Origin: Spirochaetia bacterium
Lineage (GTDB): Bacteria > Spirochaetota > Spirochaetia > SZUA-6 > Bin103
Direction of reading: 5' to 3'
NCBI GenBank assembly: GCA_965198005.1
Contig: CBDAOI010000004.1
Location: 1,664,001 to 1,728,000 of the forward strand
Length of the DNA stretch: 64,000 nucleotides
Position numbers and translations under genes: made by a program. Below are positions 40,277-51,307 of this stretch, in pieces (the stretch's first letter is position 1; each line of letters opens with the position of its first letter). The notes beneath the pieces are model-generated. The model searched no databases. It had not been told where the DNA came from and worked only from the letters and a program-made list of their open reading frames with translations.

Positions 40277-41239
40277 ATGGCACAACACATCCTGGAGCGC
40301 AGGCCGCTGGGCAAGACCGGTCTGCAGGTCTCGGTGGTTTCGCTCGGCGCCGCGCCGTTCGCCCGGGTCGACGACGAGGTCGCCGCGCGCACCGCGCATC
40401 GCGCACTCGAGCTGGGCGTCAATCTGATCGACACCTCGCCGTTGTACGGCGACGGCGAGAGTGAGCGGAAACTCGGGCTGGCGCTGGAAGCGTGGTACGC
40501 GCAGGGCGGCCGGCGCACGGACTTCATTCTCTGCACCAAGACCGGGACGCGCTCGCGTCCCTACGACTACTCGGCCGACGCCACGCGCTGGAGCATCGAC
40601 CAGAGCCTGCGCACGCTCAAGACCGACTACCTCGACCTGGTGCACGTCCACGACCCGGACCGGCTGGAGCCGGCGCTCGGTCCCGGGGGGGCGTTGGAGG
40701 CGCTGCAGGAGCTGCAGCGGCAGGGGGTGGTGCGCCACGTCGGGCTCGGCGTGCGCGACCTGGACCTGCACTGCGCGTTCCACGCGACCGGCTGCTGCGC
40801 GGCGTCGCTCACCTACCGCGACTACAGTCTGATCAGCCAGAGCGCGGCCGACCGCCTGCTGCCCTCCGCGCAACGCCACCAGGTAGGTCTGCTCAACGCC
40901 CAGATGGTCCGTCACGGGCTGCTGGGCGGCGAGGAGGAGCCGGCCGCCGTGGCGCACCGCTTCAGCACGCGGCCGGGGTTCCAGCCGGGTGAGATCAGCT
41001 ACATCGAGCCGTGGGAGGTGGAGCGCGCCACCCGGCTGTGGCACTGGTGCCGCGACCGGAAGCTTGACCTGCTGGCGCTCAGCGTGCAGTTCGGCCTGCG
41101 CGATCCGCGCATCTCCTCGCAGATGATCGGCACCGGATCGCCCGACCACCTGGAGGCGGGCGTACGGGCGGCGGTGCGGCCGATCGCGCCGGAAGTGTGG
41201 CAGGAACTGGCGGCCGACTTCGAGATCCGCGGGATCTGA
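40277..41239 (+). CDS. Aldo/keto reductase
   Basis: LGKTGLQVS, DTSPLYG, SL..LKTDYLDLVHVHD. Confidence 0.9.
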   Translation: MAQHILERRPLGKTGLQVSVVSLGAAPFARVDDEVAARTAHRALELGVNLIDTSPLYGDGESERKLGLALEAWYAQGGRRTDFILCTKTGTRSRPYDYSADATRWSIDQSLRTLKTDYLDLVHVHDPDRLEPALGPGGALEALQELQRQGVVRHVGLGVRDLDLHCAFHATGCCAASLTYRDYSLISQSAADRLLPSAQRHQVGLLNAQMVRHGLLGGEEEPAAVAHRFSTRPGFQPGEISYIEPWEVERATRLWHWCRDRKLDLLALSVQFGLRDPRISSQMIGTGSPDHLEAGVRAAVRPIAPEVWQELAADFEIRGI

Positions 41240-41408
41240 GGGAGCTGACGCCCCCGGCCGCGCGTCAGCGCTCCACCGCCTGCAGGATCGCGCCGATCGC
41301 GCGCGACCGGTTCATCACGTAGAAGTGGGCGGGAACAACTCGAACGACAGCCCGAGTCGGCCGGCGCGGTAGACCGCCGCGAGTGGCGCCATGCCCCGGC
41401 CCGCCGCG

Positions 41409-42455
41409 TCAGTCGCTGTTCGGTGCGATCGCTATCTTCAGGGCGTCGTGCCCGTCCAACCGGTAGCTGGTGTCCAGGGCGTGAAACCCGTCGGCTACCC
41501 GATCCAGTGGAAGGACGTGACTCACGAACCCCTCGAACAGCGAGGCGTACTGCTCGAGCAGCGCCAGCGAGCGATAGAAGTGCCGATCCTCGAAGCCCCA
41601 GGCGGCCTCCAGCCGCAGGTTCTTGCGCATCAGCATCTGATTGGGGTTGCACTCGAAGGTGCCGGTGTCCACGAATTGGCCGAACTCGACGTAGGTGCCG
41701 CCGTAGCGCAGGTAGTCGAGTCCCTCGGGAATCGCGGCCAGGAAGCCGGCGCACTCGCATACCACGTCGGCGCCCTTGCCGCGCGGCGTGTTGTCGCGCA
41801 CGATCCGCTTCCGTTCCTCGGCGTCCGGCACTTCCTGGATGTTGATCACCATATCGGCGCCGAGCCGCTGGGCGAACTCCAGCCGCCCGGCGGGCCCGCC
41901 GACGGCGATCAGCCGTCCGGCGCCGGCGCGTCTGGCCCAGGCGATCGCCAGCAGCCCGATCGGTCCGGTGCCCTGAATCACTACCGTGTCGCCGAGCTGG
42001 ATACCGGCGCGGGTGACGCAGTGGTAGGAGCAGGCCGACGGCTCGGTGAGCACCGCGATCGCGCTCGGCAGATCGGTCTTGAGGAACATGATCTTGGGAT
42101 CCCAGAGATAGATGTACTGGCTGAAGCCGCCGCTCAGGTAGGGCGCCTTCTCGGAGGGTCTCCAGCCCACGCCTTTACTGGGGGAAACCACCACCCGGTC
42201 GCCGACCTGCACCGGCTTGCCGGCCGTATCCTGGCTGACGCCGGCCCCGAGCGCATCGAGCGTGCCGACGTTCTCGTGCCCGAGGATGACCTCGAAACCG
42301 AGGCGCTGAAACTGCCAGTTGTGCAGGTCGGTGCCGCAGATGCCGCCCAGCTCCTGCTTGACCAGGACCCGCCCCGGCTCAACCTCCGGCACCGGATACT
42401 CGCGAACGTCGAATTCCCTACCCGTCATCACGCTGGCGCGTGCCGTTATTCCCAT
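41409..42455 (-). CDS. Zinc-binding alcohol dehydrogenase
   Basis: GICGTDLH, LGHENVG, GTGPIG. Confidence 0.92.
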   Translation of the reverse strand: MGITARASVMTGREFDVREYPVPEVEPGRVLVKQELGGICGTDLHNWQFQRLGFEVILGHENVGTLDALGAGVSQDTAGKPVQVGDRVVVSPSKGVGWRPSEKAPYLSGGFSQYIYLWDPKIMFLKTDLPSAIAVLTEPSACSYHCVTRAGIQLGDTVVIQGTGPIGLLAIAWARRAGAGRLIAVGGPAGRLEFAQRLGADMVINIQEVPDAEERKRIVRDNTPRGKGADVVCECAGFLAAIPEGLDYLRYGGTYVEFGQFVDTGTFECNPNQMLMRKNLRLEAAWGFEDRHFYRSLALLEQYASLFEGFVSHVLPLDRVADGFHALDTSYRLDGHDALKIAIAPNSD

Positions 42456-42556
42456 GTGGAGAGCCTCCTCTCTGTGGCGTGCGCGCCGCAACGGCGCGCA
42501 GCAGTGCGGTGATTACGCGGCAAGTTAAGGGGGCGGGCGGCGGATGCGTCAAGTGG

Positions 42557-43405
42557 CTACCCGGTGGCGCCTGTGGCGTAGCCGCGCAGGAAGTCGGTGA
42601 CCGCCTGCTCGATCGGCAGCTCACCGTCCAGCACCGCCTGTTCGTAGCGCGCGGTCCACTTCGCCAGCAGCGGCCGGGCCAATTCCAGCTCGCGGCGGAT
42701 GACGCGCCCGATCTGCCCGCTGGCGGCTGCGAACTCGCCGGCGAGGCAGGCGCGGTGCGCGGCCGTCCAGTCGTAGGCGACGCGCCGCAGCTCCACCTGC
42801 CAGCCGCCGGCCCGCGCCTCTACGCGCGCATAGCCGGGACGCCGGTCTCCGTCGAACGGCAGCCCGGCCGAGCCGGCGTTCACGATCAGGGTGGCGCCGA
42901 GCGGCCGCACCAGCGGGCGATGGGTATGCCCGACCGCGAACAGGCTGGCCGTACCGTCTACCAGCGGAGCCAGCTCCTCCGGCTCCATTTCCGGGTAGAT
43001 CCCCACCCGGCTGCCACCCAGCGAGCCGTGGGTGAAGGTGGCGCGCCCGGGCGGCGCCGGCAGGTCGAGCCGCGCCGGCAGCGCGCTCAGCTCGGCCACG
43101 GCGCCGGCCATCCGGGTCATGGTCCACCACGTGTGCTGGTGCACGGCGAACGCCGGGGTGCCCGGTTGCGGGGGCTCGCGGTGGAGCGCGATCACGTACT
43201 CTTCGTGATTGCCCAGCAGCACGTGCCAGGCCGGGGCCGCGGCGCGCTCGCGCACCAGCTCGTAGCAGGCGCGCGGGTGCGGCCCGCGGTTGACCGTATC
43301 GCCCAGGACCACCACCACGTCCGGATTCCAGCGATCCAGGTCGGCCAACACCGCCTCCAGCGCCGGCAGGTTGGCGTGCACGTCGGCAACCAGCGCCAGC
43401 TTCAC
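42557..43405 (-). CDS. Metallophosphoesterase family protein
   Basis: ADVHANLPAL, LGD, GNHE, HGS, GHTH, NAGSAG. Confidence 0.9.
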   Translation of the reverse strand: MKLALVADVHANLPALEAVLADLDRWNPDVVVVLGDTVNRGPHPRACYELVRERAAAPAWHVLLGNHEEYVIALHREPPQPGTPAFAVHQHTWWTMTRMAGAVAELSALPARLDLPAPPGRATFTHGSLGGSRVGIYPEMEPEELAPLVDGTASLFAVGHTHRPLVRPLGATLIVNAGSAGLPFDGDRRPGYARVEARAGGWQVELRRVAYDWTAAHRACLAGEFAAASGQIGRVIRRELELARPLLAKWTARYEQAVLDGELPIEQAVTDFLRGYATGATG

Positions 43406-44514
43406 AGCCACCGCTTGCGGTTGAAGAACAGCAGCAACCCGCTGGCCACGACCGCCATTACGCCCCACACCGCCGGGTACGCCCAGGGCCATTGCAGCTC
43501 CGGCATCTTGAGGTTCATCCCGTAGACCCCGGCGATGAAGCTGAGCGGCAGGAAGATCGTGCCGATCACGGTGAGCACCTTCATCACGCTGTTCATGCGG
43601 TTGCTGGCCAGGGTCATGTAGTGGTCGCGCAGGTTGACGATCAGCTCGCGCACGGTCTCGACCAGATCGAGCGCCTGCACCGCGTGGTCGTGGATGTCGC
43701 GCAGGTAGACCCGGGTCGAGTCCCGGATCAGCGCGGAGGAGCTGCTCTGGATCTGCGAGGTAACGTCCCGTACCGGACGCACCGCGTGCCGCAGGTGAAT
43801 CAGGTCGCGCCGGATCGCGTGAATCACCGCCAGCAGGTCTTCGTCGCTGCCCTCCAGGAGCTCCTCCTCGATCGCCTCGGCACGGTCGCCTATGGTCTCG
43901 ATTGCCAGGAAGTAGTTGTCGACGATCGCGTCCAGCAGGGCGTACGCGAGGTAGTCGGCGCCGCGCGTACGGACCAGGCCGCGCCCGGTGCGGATGCGGC
44001 CGCGCAACGGGTCGAAGGTGACGCCGGAGCGCTCCTGGAACGAGACCACCAGATGTTGCATGGCCACGATGCTGACCTGCTGCATGCGCAGCCAGGTGCG
44101 GCCGACTCCGTCCGTGGCCTTGGCGGCGTCGCGGGCGTCGGCGCCGGCGGGGTCCGGCTCGGCGTGCACCATCTTGAGCGCCAGAAACCGGTATTCCGGA
44201 TAGTCCTCGACCTTGGGACGCTGGGTGGCGTCCATGATGTCTTCGCGCGTGAGCGGGTGGATGCCCAGGGCCTCGCCGATGGCCCGGATCACGCTGACTT
44301 CGTGCACCCCGTCGACGTGGATCCAGCTTACCCGGCCGGCGGCGACCGCCGACCGGCAGACGGCCACCAGCTCCTCCTTGGCGCAGTCGCGTTCGCTGAA
44401 GTCGTCGGCGGTGAACTCGGTCAGGCGGATGCGCACCGGCGCCTCGGGCCTGAGCCCGATGTGGATCAGGGTGCCCGGGGCGGTGCCGACTCTGGCGGCA
44501 ATCGGATCAATCAT
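43402..44514 (-). CDS. corA: Magnesium/cobalt transporter CorA
   Basis: GTAPGTL, WIHVDG, IHPLTREDI, QRPKVE, FLPLSFIAGVYGMN. Confidence 0.93.
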   Translation of the reverse strand: MIDPIAARVGTAPGTLIHIGLRPEAPVRIRLTEFTADDFSERDCAKEELVAVCRSAVAAGRVSWIHVDGVHEVSVIRAIGEALGIHPLTREDIMDATQRPKVEDYPEYRFLALKMVHAEPDPAGADARDAAKATDGVGRTWLRMQQVSIVAMQHLVVSFQERSGVTFDPLRGRIRTGRGLVRTRGADYLAYALLDAIVDNYFLAIETIGDRAEAIEEELLEGSDEDLLAVIHAIRRDLIHLRHAVRPVRDVTSQIQSSSSALIRDSTRVYLRDIHDHAVQALDLVETVRELIVNLRDHYMTLASNRMNSVMKVLTVIGTIFLPLSFIAGVYGMNLKMPELQWPWAYPAVWGVMAVVASGLLLFFNRKRWL

Positions 44515-44534
44515 CGTGCGCGTTCTCCCGCGGT

Positions 44535-46841
44535 CTATTGGCGGCGGCCGCGCCACCGCGCCTGGCGCCGTGCCGCCGGCCGGCGCTGCCACGCCGCGAA
44601 CGCTACCGCGACTGCGGCGAAGAACCGGAACCGCATCAGGCTGCGCGTACCGGAACGGGCGCACGCGGCCCGCAGAGCGGGGGTCACGTCCGTCGTGCCC
44701 ACCGTCACCGCCACCCGCTCCAGACATTGCGGCGCGATCTCCTGAAACCGGTCGGCGTCGTCGATCGTCACCGGCAATGCGCTGAGCAACTCGAATTCGG
44801 CCACTGCCAGCGGACTCCGTTCCTGCCGCTCCGAGAGGTAGTCGGCCAGTAGCGCCGGTCCGTCGCGCGGTTCCGCCAGAAAGCCACGGTACAGCGGATA
44901 GAACGTTTCGGCCATCCCCAGGATGCCCGCGGCCGCGAGAATGATCTCGTCGCAGGCGTAGACCGTGGGGTTGCGCTCGAGCGTCTCCAGCAGCACCCGG
45001 ATCGAGGCCGGGCGGCCGAACAGCTCCAGCGCGGTGGCGCCGTAGATCAGCAGCCGCGGATTGCCGGAGCGCTGCACCATCTCCTCCACCTTGGGCAGGC
45101 TGTCGGCGCTGCCCAGGCGGGCCAGCGCGACCATGCACATCCCGGCCAGAAAGACGTCGGAGGAGTCCAGCCCGGCGCGCAGGGCGGGCACCCCCTCCGT
45201 CACCCGTTTGCGCCCGATCAGATCGGCGGCGAGGTGGGCCGTGGTGTAGGACTGCTGCTCCACTTCGGCGATCAGCGCGCGCTTGAGCTCCTCGGTCAGC
45301 GGCACCTGGGACAGGGCGTCGAGCGCCTCCGCGCGCACCGCGAAGCGCGGTGACTTGAGGGTGCGCAGCAGATCGGGGGTGGCGAGCCGCGACTGCGCGC
45401 TGCCCAGACGCTCGATCAGCGACTGATCGGACGCGGCGGTGGTGCTTTCCTTGAGCCGGTGCAGCAGCGACAGGGCGCGCAGCTCGCGCGGCGAGGTGAA
45501 GATGCCCACGACGTCCTGCACGCGGTAGGCGCCCAGCCGTTCCAGGCTGGCGGTGAGCAGCAGGATGCCGACGAAGGCGGCCACCAGGCTGCCGAAGTAG
45601 ATGCGGTAGGCGTCGGCGGTGGTGAGGCTGGTGAAGTTGGCCAGGCCGTCGAGCACGGCGCCGCCGGCGAACGAGCCCACGGTGGCCGGGATGCCGGTGA
45701 TCAGAAAGGCGAGGATGCCGAGGTTGAGCCGGTCGGCCGGCGGCGTGAGCGTGTAGTAGTAGACCGCCTGCGCCGTGCCGGCGCCGTTGATCCCGAACGT
45801 GGCGCAGAAGAAGATCGCCCCGAGGTAGAGCCACAGCGCCGTGCTGGTGGCCAGCGGCGGCGCCACCGAAATCAGGATCACCGTGATCAGCGAGACCACG
45901 GTGAACAGCATCATCAGCGGCTTGGCGCCGACCCGGTCGATCACGAAGCCGCTCACCAGCCCCATGACGATGGCGCCCACCGATCCGACCGCGGTCAGCA
46001 GCATCGCGATGTTGTCGCCCAGGCCGTAGACCTGTTTTACGTAGACCACCAGGAACGGCACCACCATCGACGCGATGAAGCTGTTCGCGGCCAGCAGCGT
46101 GACGAAGCGGATCACGCCGGGCCGGCGCAGCGCCAGCCGCACCGAGCGCAGGAAGCCGCCGGCGCGCGGCGGTACCGGCGGCTCGGGAAAGCGGAAGATG
46201 ACCCGCGCCGAGGCGAACCCGGTGACGATGCCGGTGCCGAGGAACAGGGTGTACACCAGCAGCGACGACTGCTCCTGGAGCAACAGTCCCATCATCACGC
46301 CGGTGCCGGTCGCGGCTAACTGGACCAGGAGCTGGTTGTAGGCCAGGAACGAGCCGCGGTCGTCGCTGGTGGTGATTGCGCCGATGATGGTGTTGTGCCC
46401 GGTGATGGCGATGCCGCGCGCGACGTTGAACCCGACCACGCTGACCAGGATCAGCCAGATGCCGATGTCGGGCCGGCGCTCGGCGAACAGCGGCGCCGCC
46501 AGGATCGGGGTCACCAGGATGTAGCGCACGATCCAGAACACGCCCATGGTGCGCACCGTGCCCAGCCGCCGGACCACGGCGCGGCCGACCAACGGCAGGA
46601 TCTGGCCCAGCGGAATGAACGCGTACAGCGTGCCCACCAGCAGCGCGCTGCCCCCCAGGCGCAGCGCGTAGAGGGCGATGACGTTGCCGGTCAGGAGGTG
46701 GAAGGAGACGGCGTTGAGGATCGAGAACAGAGCGAACCCGCGCTGCGCGGCGCGCAGTTGCCGGGGGCTGAGGTCGCCGTCGCCGGCGATGAGAGACTGA
46801 TTCACGGTTACACGTTCAGGTCGGGTGCGGTCTGCCTTCAA
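44535..46841 (-). CDS. MFS transporter fused to a C-terminal HEAT-repeat domain
   Basis: ~12 TM helices with GFVIDRVGAKP motif, followed by helical repeats (VRAEALDAL, AADLIG, MVALARLG). Confidence 0.8.
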   Translation of the reverse strand: MKADRTRPERVTVNQSLIAGDGDLSPRQLRAAQRGFALFSILNAVSFHLLTGNVIALYALRLGGSALLVGTLYAFIPLGQILPLVGRAVVRRLGTVRTMGVFWIVRYILVTPILAAPLFAERRPDIGIWLILVSVVGFNVARGIAITGHNTIIGAITTSDDRGSFLAYNQLLVQLAATGTGVMMGLLLQEQSSLLVYTLFLGTGIVTGFASARVIFRFPEPPVPPRAGGFLRSVRLALRRPGVIRFVTLLAANSFIASMVVPFLVVYVKQVYGLGDNIAMLLTAVGSVGAIVMGLVSGFVIDRVGAKPLMMLFTVVSLITVILISVAPPLATSTALWLYLGAIFFCATFGINGAGTAQAVYYYTLTPPADRLNLGILAFLITGIPATVGSFAGGAVLDGLANFTSLTTADAYRIYFGSLVAAFVGILLLTASLERLGAYRVQDVVGIFTSPRELRALSLLHRLKESTTAASDQSLIERLGSAQSRLATPDLLRTLKSPRFAVRAEALDALSQVPLTEELKRALIAEVEQQSYTTAHLAADLIGRKRVTEGVPALRAGLDSSDVFLAGMCMVALARLGSADSLPKVEEMVQRSGNPRLLIYGATALELFGRPASIRVLLETLERNPTVYACDEIILAAAGILGMAETFYPLYRGFLAEPRDGPALLADYLSERQERSPLAVAEFELLSALPVTIDDADRFQEIAPQCLERVAVTVGTTDVTPALRAACARSGTRSLMRFRFFAAVAVAFAAWQRRPAARRQARWRGRRQ

Positions 46842-46960
46842 TCTAATCTAATGGTGCGAAGATCGGTGCGGCCATCCAAATATGGGCAGCCGGCGAACGC
46901 GTGCGGGCCAGCGCCGCGGGGCAGGGGAGCGGCGCCGGCGCCTCGCTGCCGGCCGGCCGA

Positions 46961-47491
46961 TCAGTCGCGCCCGCGCGGCGGGCGGCGGCCGAACAGCATG
47001 CCGCCGCCCCACTTGAGCAGCACGAACAGGGCCACCGCCAGCACGAAGAACCAGCCCAGCGAGGCGCCGAAGAACAGCCACACCCGCAGGCTGCGCAGCA
47101 CCAGGGCGATGGCGAACGCGACCGAGAGCATGGTCATCAGCCCCGCCAGCCGGTGGAACCCCGGCACGCTGTCGAAGTCCACGTTGCGGCGCATCAGGCC
47201 GAGGGTCAGCCCCATCGCCACGATCGGGGCGAGGTAGATCGCGAAGTCGAGGTCGAGCAGATTCTCGCCGGTGAAGAACAGGGCGTAGACCACCAGCACC
47301 GCCGCGAACATCCCCGGCACGCAGGCGGCGTAGACCAGCAGGGTGTACAGGTAGCGCCACGGGGCGCGGGCGCCGCCGCCGGGGCCGTGCACCACGCCGG
47401 CGAAGCCCGACAGCACCACCACCACCGCAAACCCGATCAGCACGGGGAACCGAACGGCGTCGACCCCGGCCAGCAACTCGCGCAGACTCAT
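46961..47491 (-). CDS. Hypothetical membrane protein
   Basis: 176 aa, about five hydrophobic segments, high-GC codon usage. Confidence 0.7.
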   Translation of the reverse strand: MSLRELLAGVDAVRFPVLIGFAVVVVLSGFAGVVHGPGGGARAPWRYLYTLLVYAACVPGMFAAVLVVYALFFTGENLLDLDFAIYLAPIVAMGLTLGLMRRNVDFDSVPGFHRLAGLMTMLSVAFAIALVLRSLRVWLFFGASLGWFFVLAVALFVLLKWGGGMLFGRRPPRGRD

Positions 47492-47578
47492 CCCGTGCAG
47501 GATACCGTGCCCGGCCCCGGCGTGGGGAGCGCACTGGAAGTGTCAGCCGGGTGCCGCTGAGCGCAGAACCCGCAGTAC

Positions 47579-48025
47579 TCAACGGCCGGCGCCCCTGAGC
47601 CGCGGGTCGAGCAGGTCCCGCACGGCGTCACCGAACATGTTCAGGCTGTAAACGACAATAGTCAGGCAAACACCAGGCCAGATCGCCAGCCAGGGGGCCA
47701 CCTCCATGTACCTGCGCCCTTCCCGGCTGAGCATACCTCCCCAGCTAGGAATGTTCGGTGGCAGACCGAATCCGAGGAAGCTCAGAGAGGCCTCGGAAAT
47801 AATCACCCCCCCGATGTTGATGCTGAAGATGATGATGGGGGGCGCCACAATATTGCGCAGGACATGCCGCAACAGGATTTGGGTCGTGGGCGTGGCTTCT
47901 CCTTGACCAGCCTGATAAAGAAATCAGCCAGCCGGGAACGTCTCTCTTTGGCGCAGTTTCTGCTGACGGTCTGCCTATGGCGTCGCTCATATGCCCCCTT
48001 TAGCTGTAGCGGACCCTGGGGTATA
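47579..48025 (-). pseudogene. Collapsed dppB-dppC remnant: dppB stop region, dppC 5' stub and dppC 3' end
   Basis: PRVRYS*, then MSDAIG.../ADFFIRLVKEKP, jumping to RHVLRNIV...GDAVRDLLDPRLRGAGR*. Confidence 0.85.
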
Positions 48026-48029
48026 TCGC

Positions 48030-48460
48030 CGGGGATGAAGCGGACGGAGAGGATCTCCCCGGGGGCGACCGCGTTGACGCGGACGCCGTGCTCGCGCAGC
48101 TGCGCCGCCAGGCAGCGGGTGTAGTGGTGGACCGCGGCCTTGGCGCTGCCGTACACCACGCCGGTGGATGCGCCACGAAGGCCGGCCACGCTGCCCATGT
48201 TGACGATACAGCCCTGCTGGCGCGCCATCATCTCGGGCGCCACTTCGCGGCACGGGAGGATGCAGGTGAGCCAGTTGCGATCGAACACCGCGCGCAGGTC
48301 GGCGAACGAAACGTTGATGGCGTCGTTGTCGACCGGCCGGCCACCCGCGGCGGCCATGGTGCCCTGGGCGCCGATGTCGCCGCCGGCGTTGTTGACCAGG
48401 ATGTCGATCTGACCGAAGCGATCGCGAACCTGTGCGGCCAACTCGGCCACCCGCTCCACA
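48030..48460 (-). pseudogene. Central fragment of an SDR oxidoreductase
   Basis: FGQIDILVNNAG, YGSAKAA, GVRVNAVAPG; no N-terminal TGxxxGxG motif. Confidence 0.8.
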
Positions 48461-48548
48461 GAACGACCTTGCGACCCGGGATCGATGCCGCGCTGCAGTT
48501 CAACGTGGCGGCGCGCTCGGTGTTGTTGGCCGGCAGCCGCTGCGGGCA

Positions 48549-48603
48549 GGTGGAGCCCACGACCTGCCTAAAGGCGGGGTCCACTGCAAGTCGCCTACGG
48601 CGA
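48549..48603 (-). repeat. REP-like element, second copy, again downstream of an SBP stop
   Basis: Reverse complement matches 5723-5779. Confidence 0.65.
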
Positions 48604-48665
48604 ACTCGCTCGTGCAGCTCGGCGCAGACGCCGAGCTGCAATGGAAACCGCCTCTGGCGGTTTCC

Positions 48666-49030
48666 TCAGAAGCCCATTTCTCGCTTCAGATCCTGGTCAA
48701 TCCAAAGGCGGGCGAGGATGGTATGAAACTTAAAGTTTCCCAACCTGGTTTCACCGTTAAAACCTCCGACCCACGGATGGCTGGCCTGATACATTGGAGC
48801 CATAGGAAGCCACATATTATTGTGCTGCGTCATTAAGGCCATACCAAACTCTTCTGCCGCCTTCATCTGCTCATCGATGGTAGTGGCGGCGAAAAAGGCA
48901 GCTTGGGAGGCGGCCAGCTCAGGGTTCTCGACTCCGCCCATCCATTCCCTTTGGTAAGGGGTTTCCGAGCCATAAGCCGACATGCTCGGGGACGGGATCT
49001 CCCTGGCCATACCGCCATAAAGCGACTCAT
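48666..49030 (-). pseudogene. C-terminal fragment of a family-5 SBP gene
   Basis: ...ATTIDEQ...PWVGGFNGE...ARLWIDQDLKREMGF*. Confidence 0.85.
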
Positions 49031-49375
49031 AGTGTCGGCGGCGACCACCGACCGCGCCACCCGCGACGCCCGCGACAAGCACGCGCCCATGGGCCGCGCG
49101 GCGCGCGCCGTCGAGGGCCGCGTGCTCGCCAGCCCCGGCTTGCTGACCGAGGCCACGCCGGTGTTCGCCGAGCCAGCCACCGCGGTCGCCTACGGCGGCG
49201 TCCTCGCGGCACTGCCGATGCTGCTCCGCGAGGGCCTGCTCGGCGCCGCCAACCGCCTGTTCCGCCTGCCCGCCGGATTCCATGGCCTGACCACCATCCT
49301 GCTGTTCGTCGCCTGCATGACCCTGGCCCGAGTACGCACCCCCGAGAGCCTCCGCTACCAGGCGCCACGCGCGCC
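49030..49375 (+). mobile_element. Putative transposase fragment
   Basis: EATPVF...GGVLAALPMLLREGLL...FHGLTTILL..ACMTLARVRTPESLRYQAP; truncated at both ends. Confidence 0.6.
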
Positions 49376-49386
49376 GGTGGTAGTCC

Positions 49387-50280
49387 TCAGGCGGCGGCGG
49401 CACCGAGACGACCGCCGCCACCCCGCAGCCGCGGGTCGAGCAGGTCGCGCACCGCATCGCCGAACATGTTCAGACTGTAGACCACGATCGTCAGGCACAG
49501 GCCCGGCCAGAGCGCCAGCCACGGCGCCTGCTGCATGAACTCACGCCCTTCCCGGCTGAGCATGGCACCCCAGCTCGGAACGCCGACCGGCAGACCGAAG
49601 CCGAGAAAGCTCAGGGAAGCCTCACTGATGATCACCCCACCCACGTTGATGCTGAACACGATGATGACGACCGGCATGATATTGGGCAGGACATGGTGGA
49701 TGAATGTCCGCCACTTCGAGGCGCCGATCACCTCCACCGCCTGGAAGTACGCGTTCTCCTTGATGTCGATTACGGCGCCTCGGACCAATCTCGAGCCGCC
49801 GATGCCGCCCGAGATCCCCAGCACCAGTATCAGTTGTGGCACACCTCGCCCCACGATGGACATGATGGTCAACAACAGCAGCAGTCCCGGAATAGCCATC
49901 CAGGCATCGACAAATCTCTGCACCACCAAGTCCAACTTGCCGCCAAAGAATCCTGACGTGCCGCCGATCAGGAGAGCAACCACGACATTGAGCGCGGTCG
50001 CGGCCAGACCGACGACCATCGACAGCCGCGCGCCGTAGATAACGCGGCTCAACAGGTCTCGCCCCAAGTGGTCGGTACCGAGTGGATACGCGGCTGATGA
50101 GCCGGTCAGCCTGTCCGCCAAGTGTATTTCAATATATCCATACGGGGCCAGGACATCGGCCAAGATAGCCACCAGGATCACGAGCACGATGATGATCCCG
50201 CTGATCGTGCCGAGTGACTTCTCCCGCCACAGCCTGACGAAGAAAGAAGCCGTTCCCGGTACCGCGGTGGGGTCGCTCAT
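49387..50280 (-). CDS. ABC transporter permease, DppC-like
   Basis: PLGTDHLGRDLLSRVIYGAR...GDAVRDLLDPRLRGGGG. Confidence 0.93.
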   Translation of the reverse strand: MSDPTAVPGTASFFVRLWREKSLGTISGIIIVLVILVAILADVLAPYGYIEIHLADRLTGSSAAYPLGTDHLGRDLLSRVIYGARLSMVVGLAATALNVVVALLIGGTSGFFGGKLDLVVQRFVDAWMAIPGLLLLLTIMSIVGRGVPQLILVLGISGGIGGSRLVRGAVIDIKENAYFQAVEVIGASKWRTFIHHVLPNIMPVVIIVFSINVGGVIISEASLSFLGFGLPVGVPSWGAMLSREGREFMQQAPWLALWPGLCLTIVVYSLNMFGDAVRDLLDPRLRGGGGRLGAAAA

Positions 50281-51235
50281 TGATAACGGACCCGCGGATC
50301 CAGGTAGCCATAGAGCAGGTCGACCATGAGATTCACCCCGACCACCGCTGCGCCGAACACCAGGTTTACTCCGGAGACCAGCGGGTAATCCCGGTCGGTG
50401 AGCGCGGCCAGCATGAGACGGCCCAACCCCGGCAGGTTGAATATGTTCTCCATGATCACCGAACCGCCTACCAGGATCGGCAACTGCAGTCCAACCAGAG
50501 TGACGATCGGGATGAGGGCGTTCTTGATGGCGTGTCTGACAACGACCACCCTCTCGCTCAGCCCCTTTGACCAGGCCGTGCGGATATAGTCCTGCCGCAG
50601 CACCTCCAGCATCATGGTGCGCGTTATCCGCATGGTGGCGGCAGACAGATAGGTGCCCAGAATCAGGCTGGGAATGATGAACACGCCAAGACTTCCCAGC
50701 GGGTCTTCTGTGAACTGAATCACTTCCATCGGTGGTGCCCAGCCCCACCAGATCACCGGGTACAGCATGACCATCATTGCCAGCCAGAAGTTCGGCGTGG
50801 CCAGGCCGACGATGGCCACCGAGCGTCCCACGTAGTCGGCGGACGTATCCTGCCGAATCGCCGAGTAGATGCCGATTGGCAGGGCGATTACCAGCCCGAT
50901 GACGATCGACATCAGGCCGAGCTGAATCGTTACCGGCAATCGACTTACTATCGTCTCCTCTATCGCGTCCCGGTTGCCAACCAGTGAATTGCCGAGGCTG
51001 CCGCGTACAGGAAAATATCGCCTAACCAGCGTACATACTGCACGTAGCCAGGCACGTCCAATCCCAGCATACGCTCGAGCGCCTCCCGGTCTACCTCGGC
51101 CGAGAAGTCCACCGTGCCCAACATTGCGTCTATGGTATCGCCGGGGATGAAGCGGACCGAAAAGAAGACGATAAGGCTCAAAATGAGCAAGGTGGGGATA
51201 ACGAGCAGCAACCGCCTGATGATATAGGCCCGCAT
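50277..51235 (-). pseudogene. DppB-like permease with a single frameshift near 51005
   Basis: MRAYIIRR...GDIFL continues in another frame as RGSLGNSLVG...LPVTIQLG...YLDPRVRYQ; could be a sequencing indel. Confidence 0.85.
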
Positions 51236-51250
51236 GTCACATGAAATGAA

Positions 51251-51286
51251 CGGCGAGCTGGAAAGAAAGAGCCTCCCAGCTCGCCG
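51251..51286 (-). terminator. Intercistronic hairpin between SBP and permease
   Basis: cggcgagctgg ... ccagctcgccg. Confidence 0.55.
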
Positions 51287-51307
51287 ATAACAGGGGAGAT
51301 GAGACCC

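Noticed and set aside
43402-45834. 810-aa CorA with long N-terminal extension
   Set aside because: The extension overlaps the MFS-HEAT gene in another frame; the likely start is 44514.
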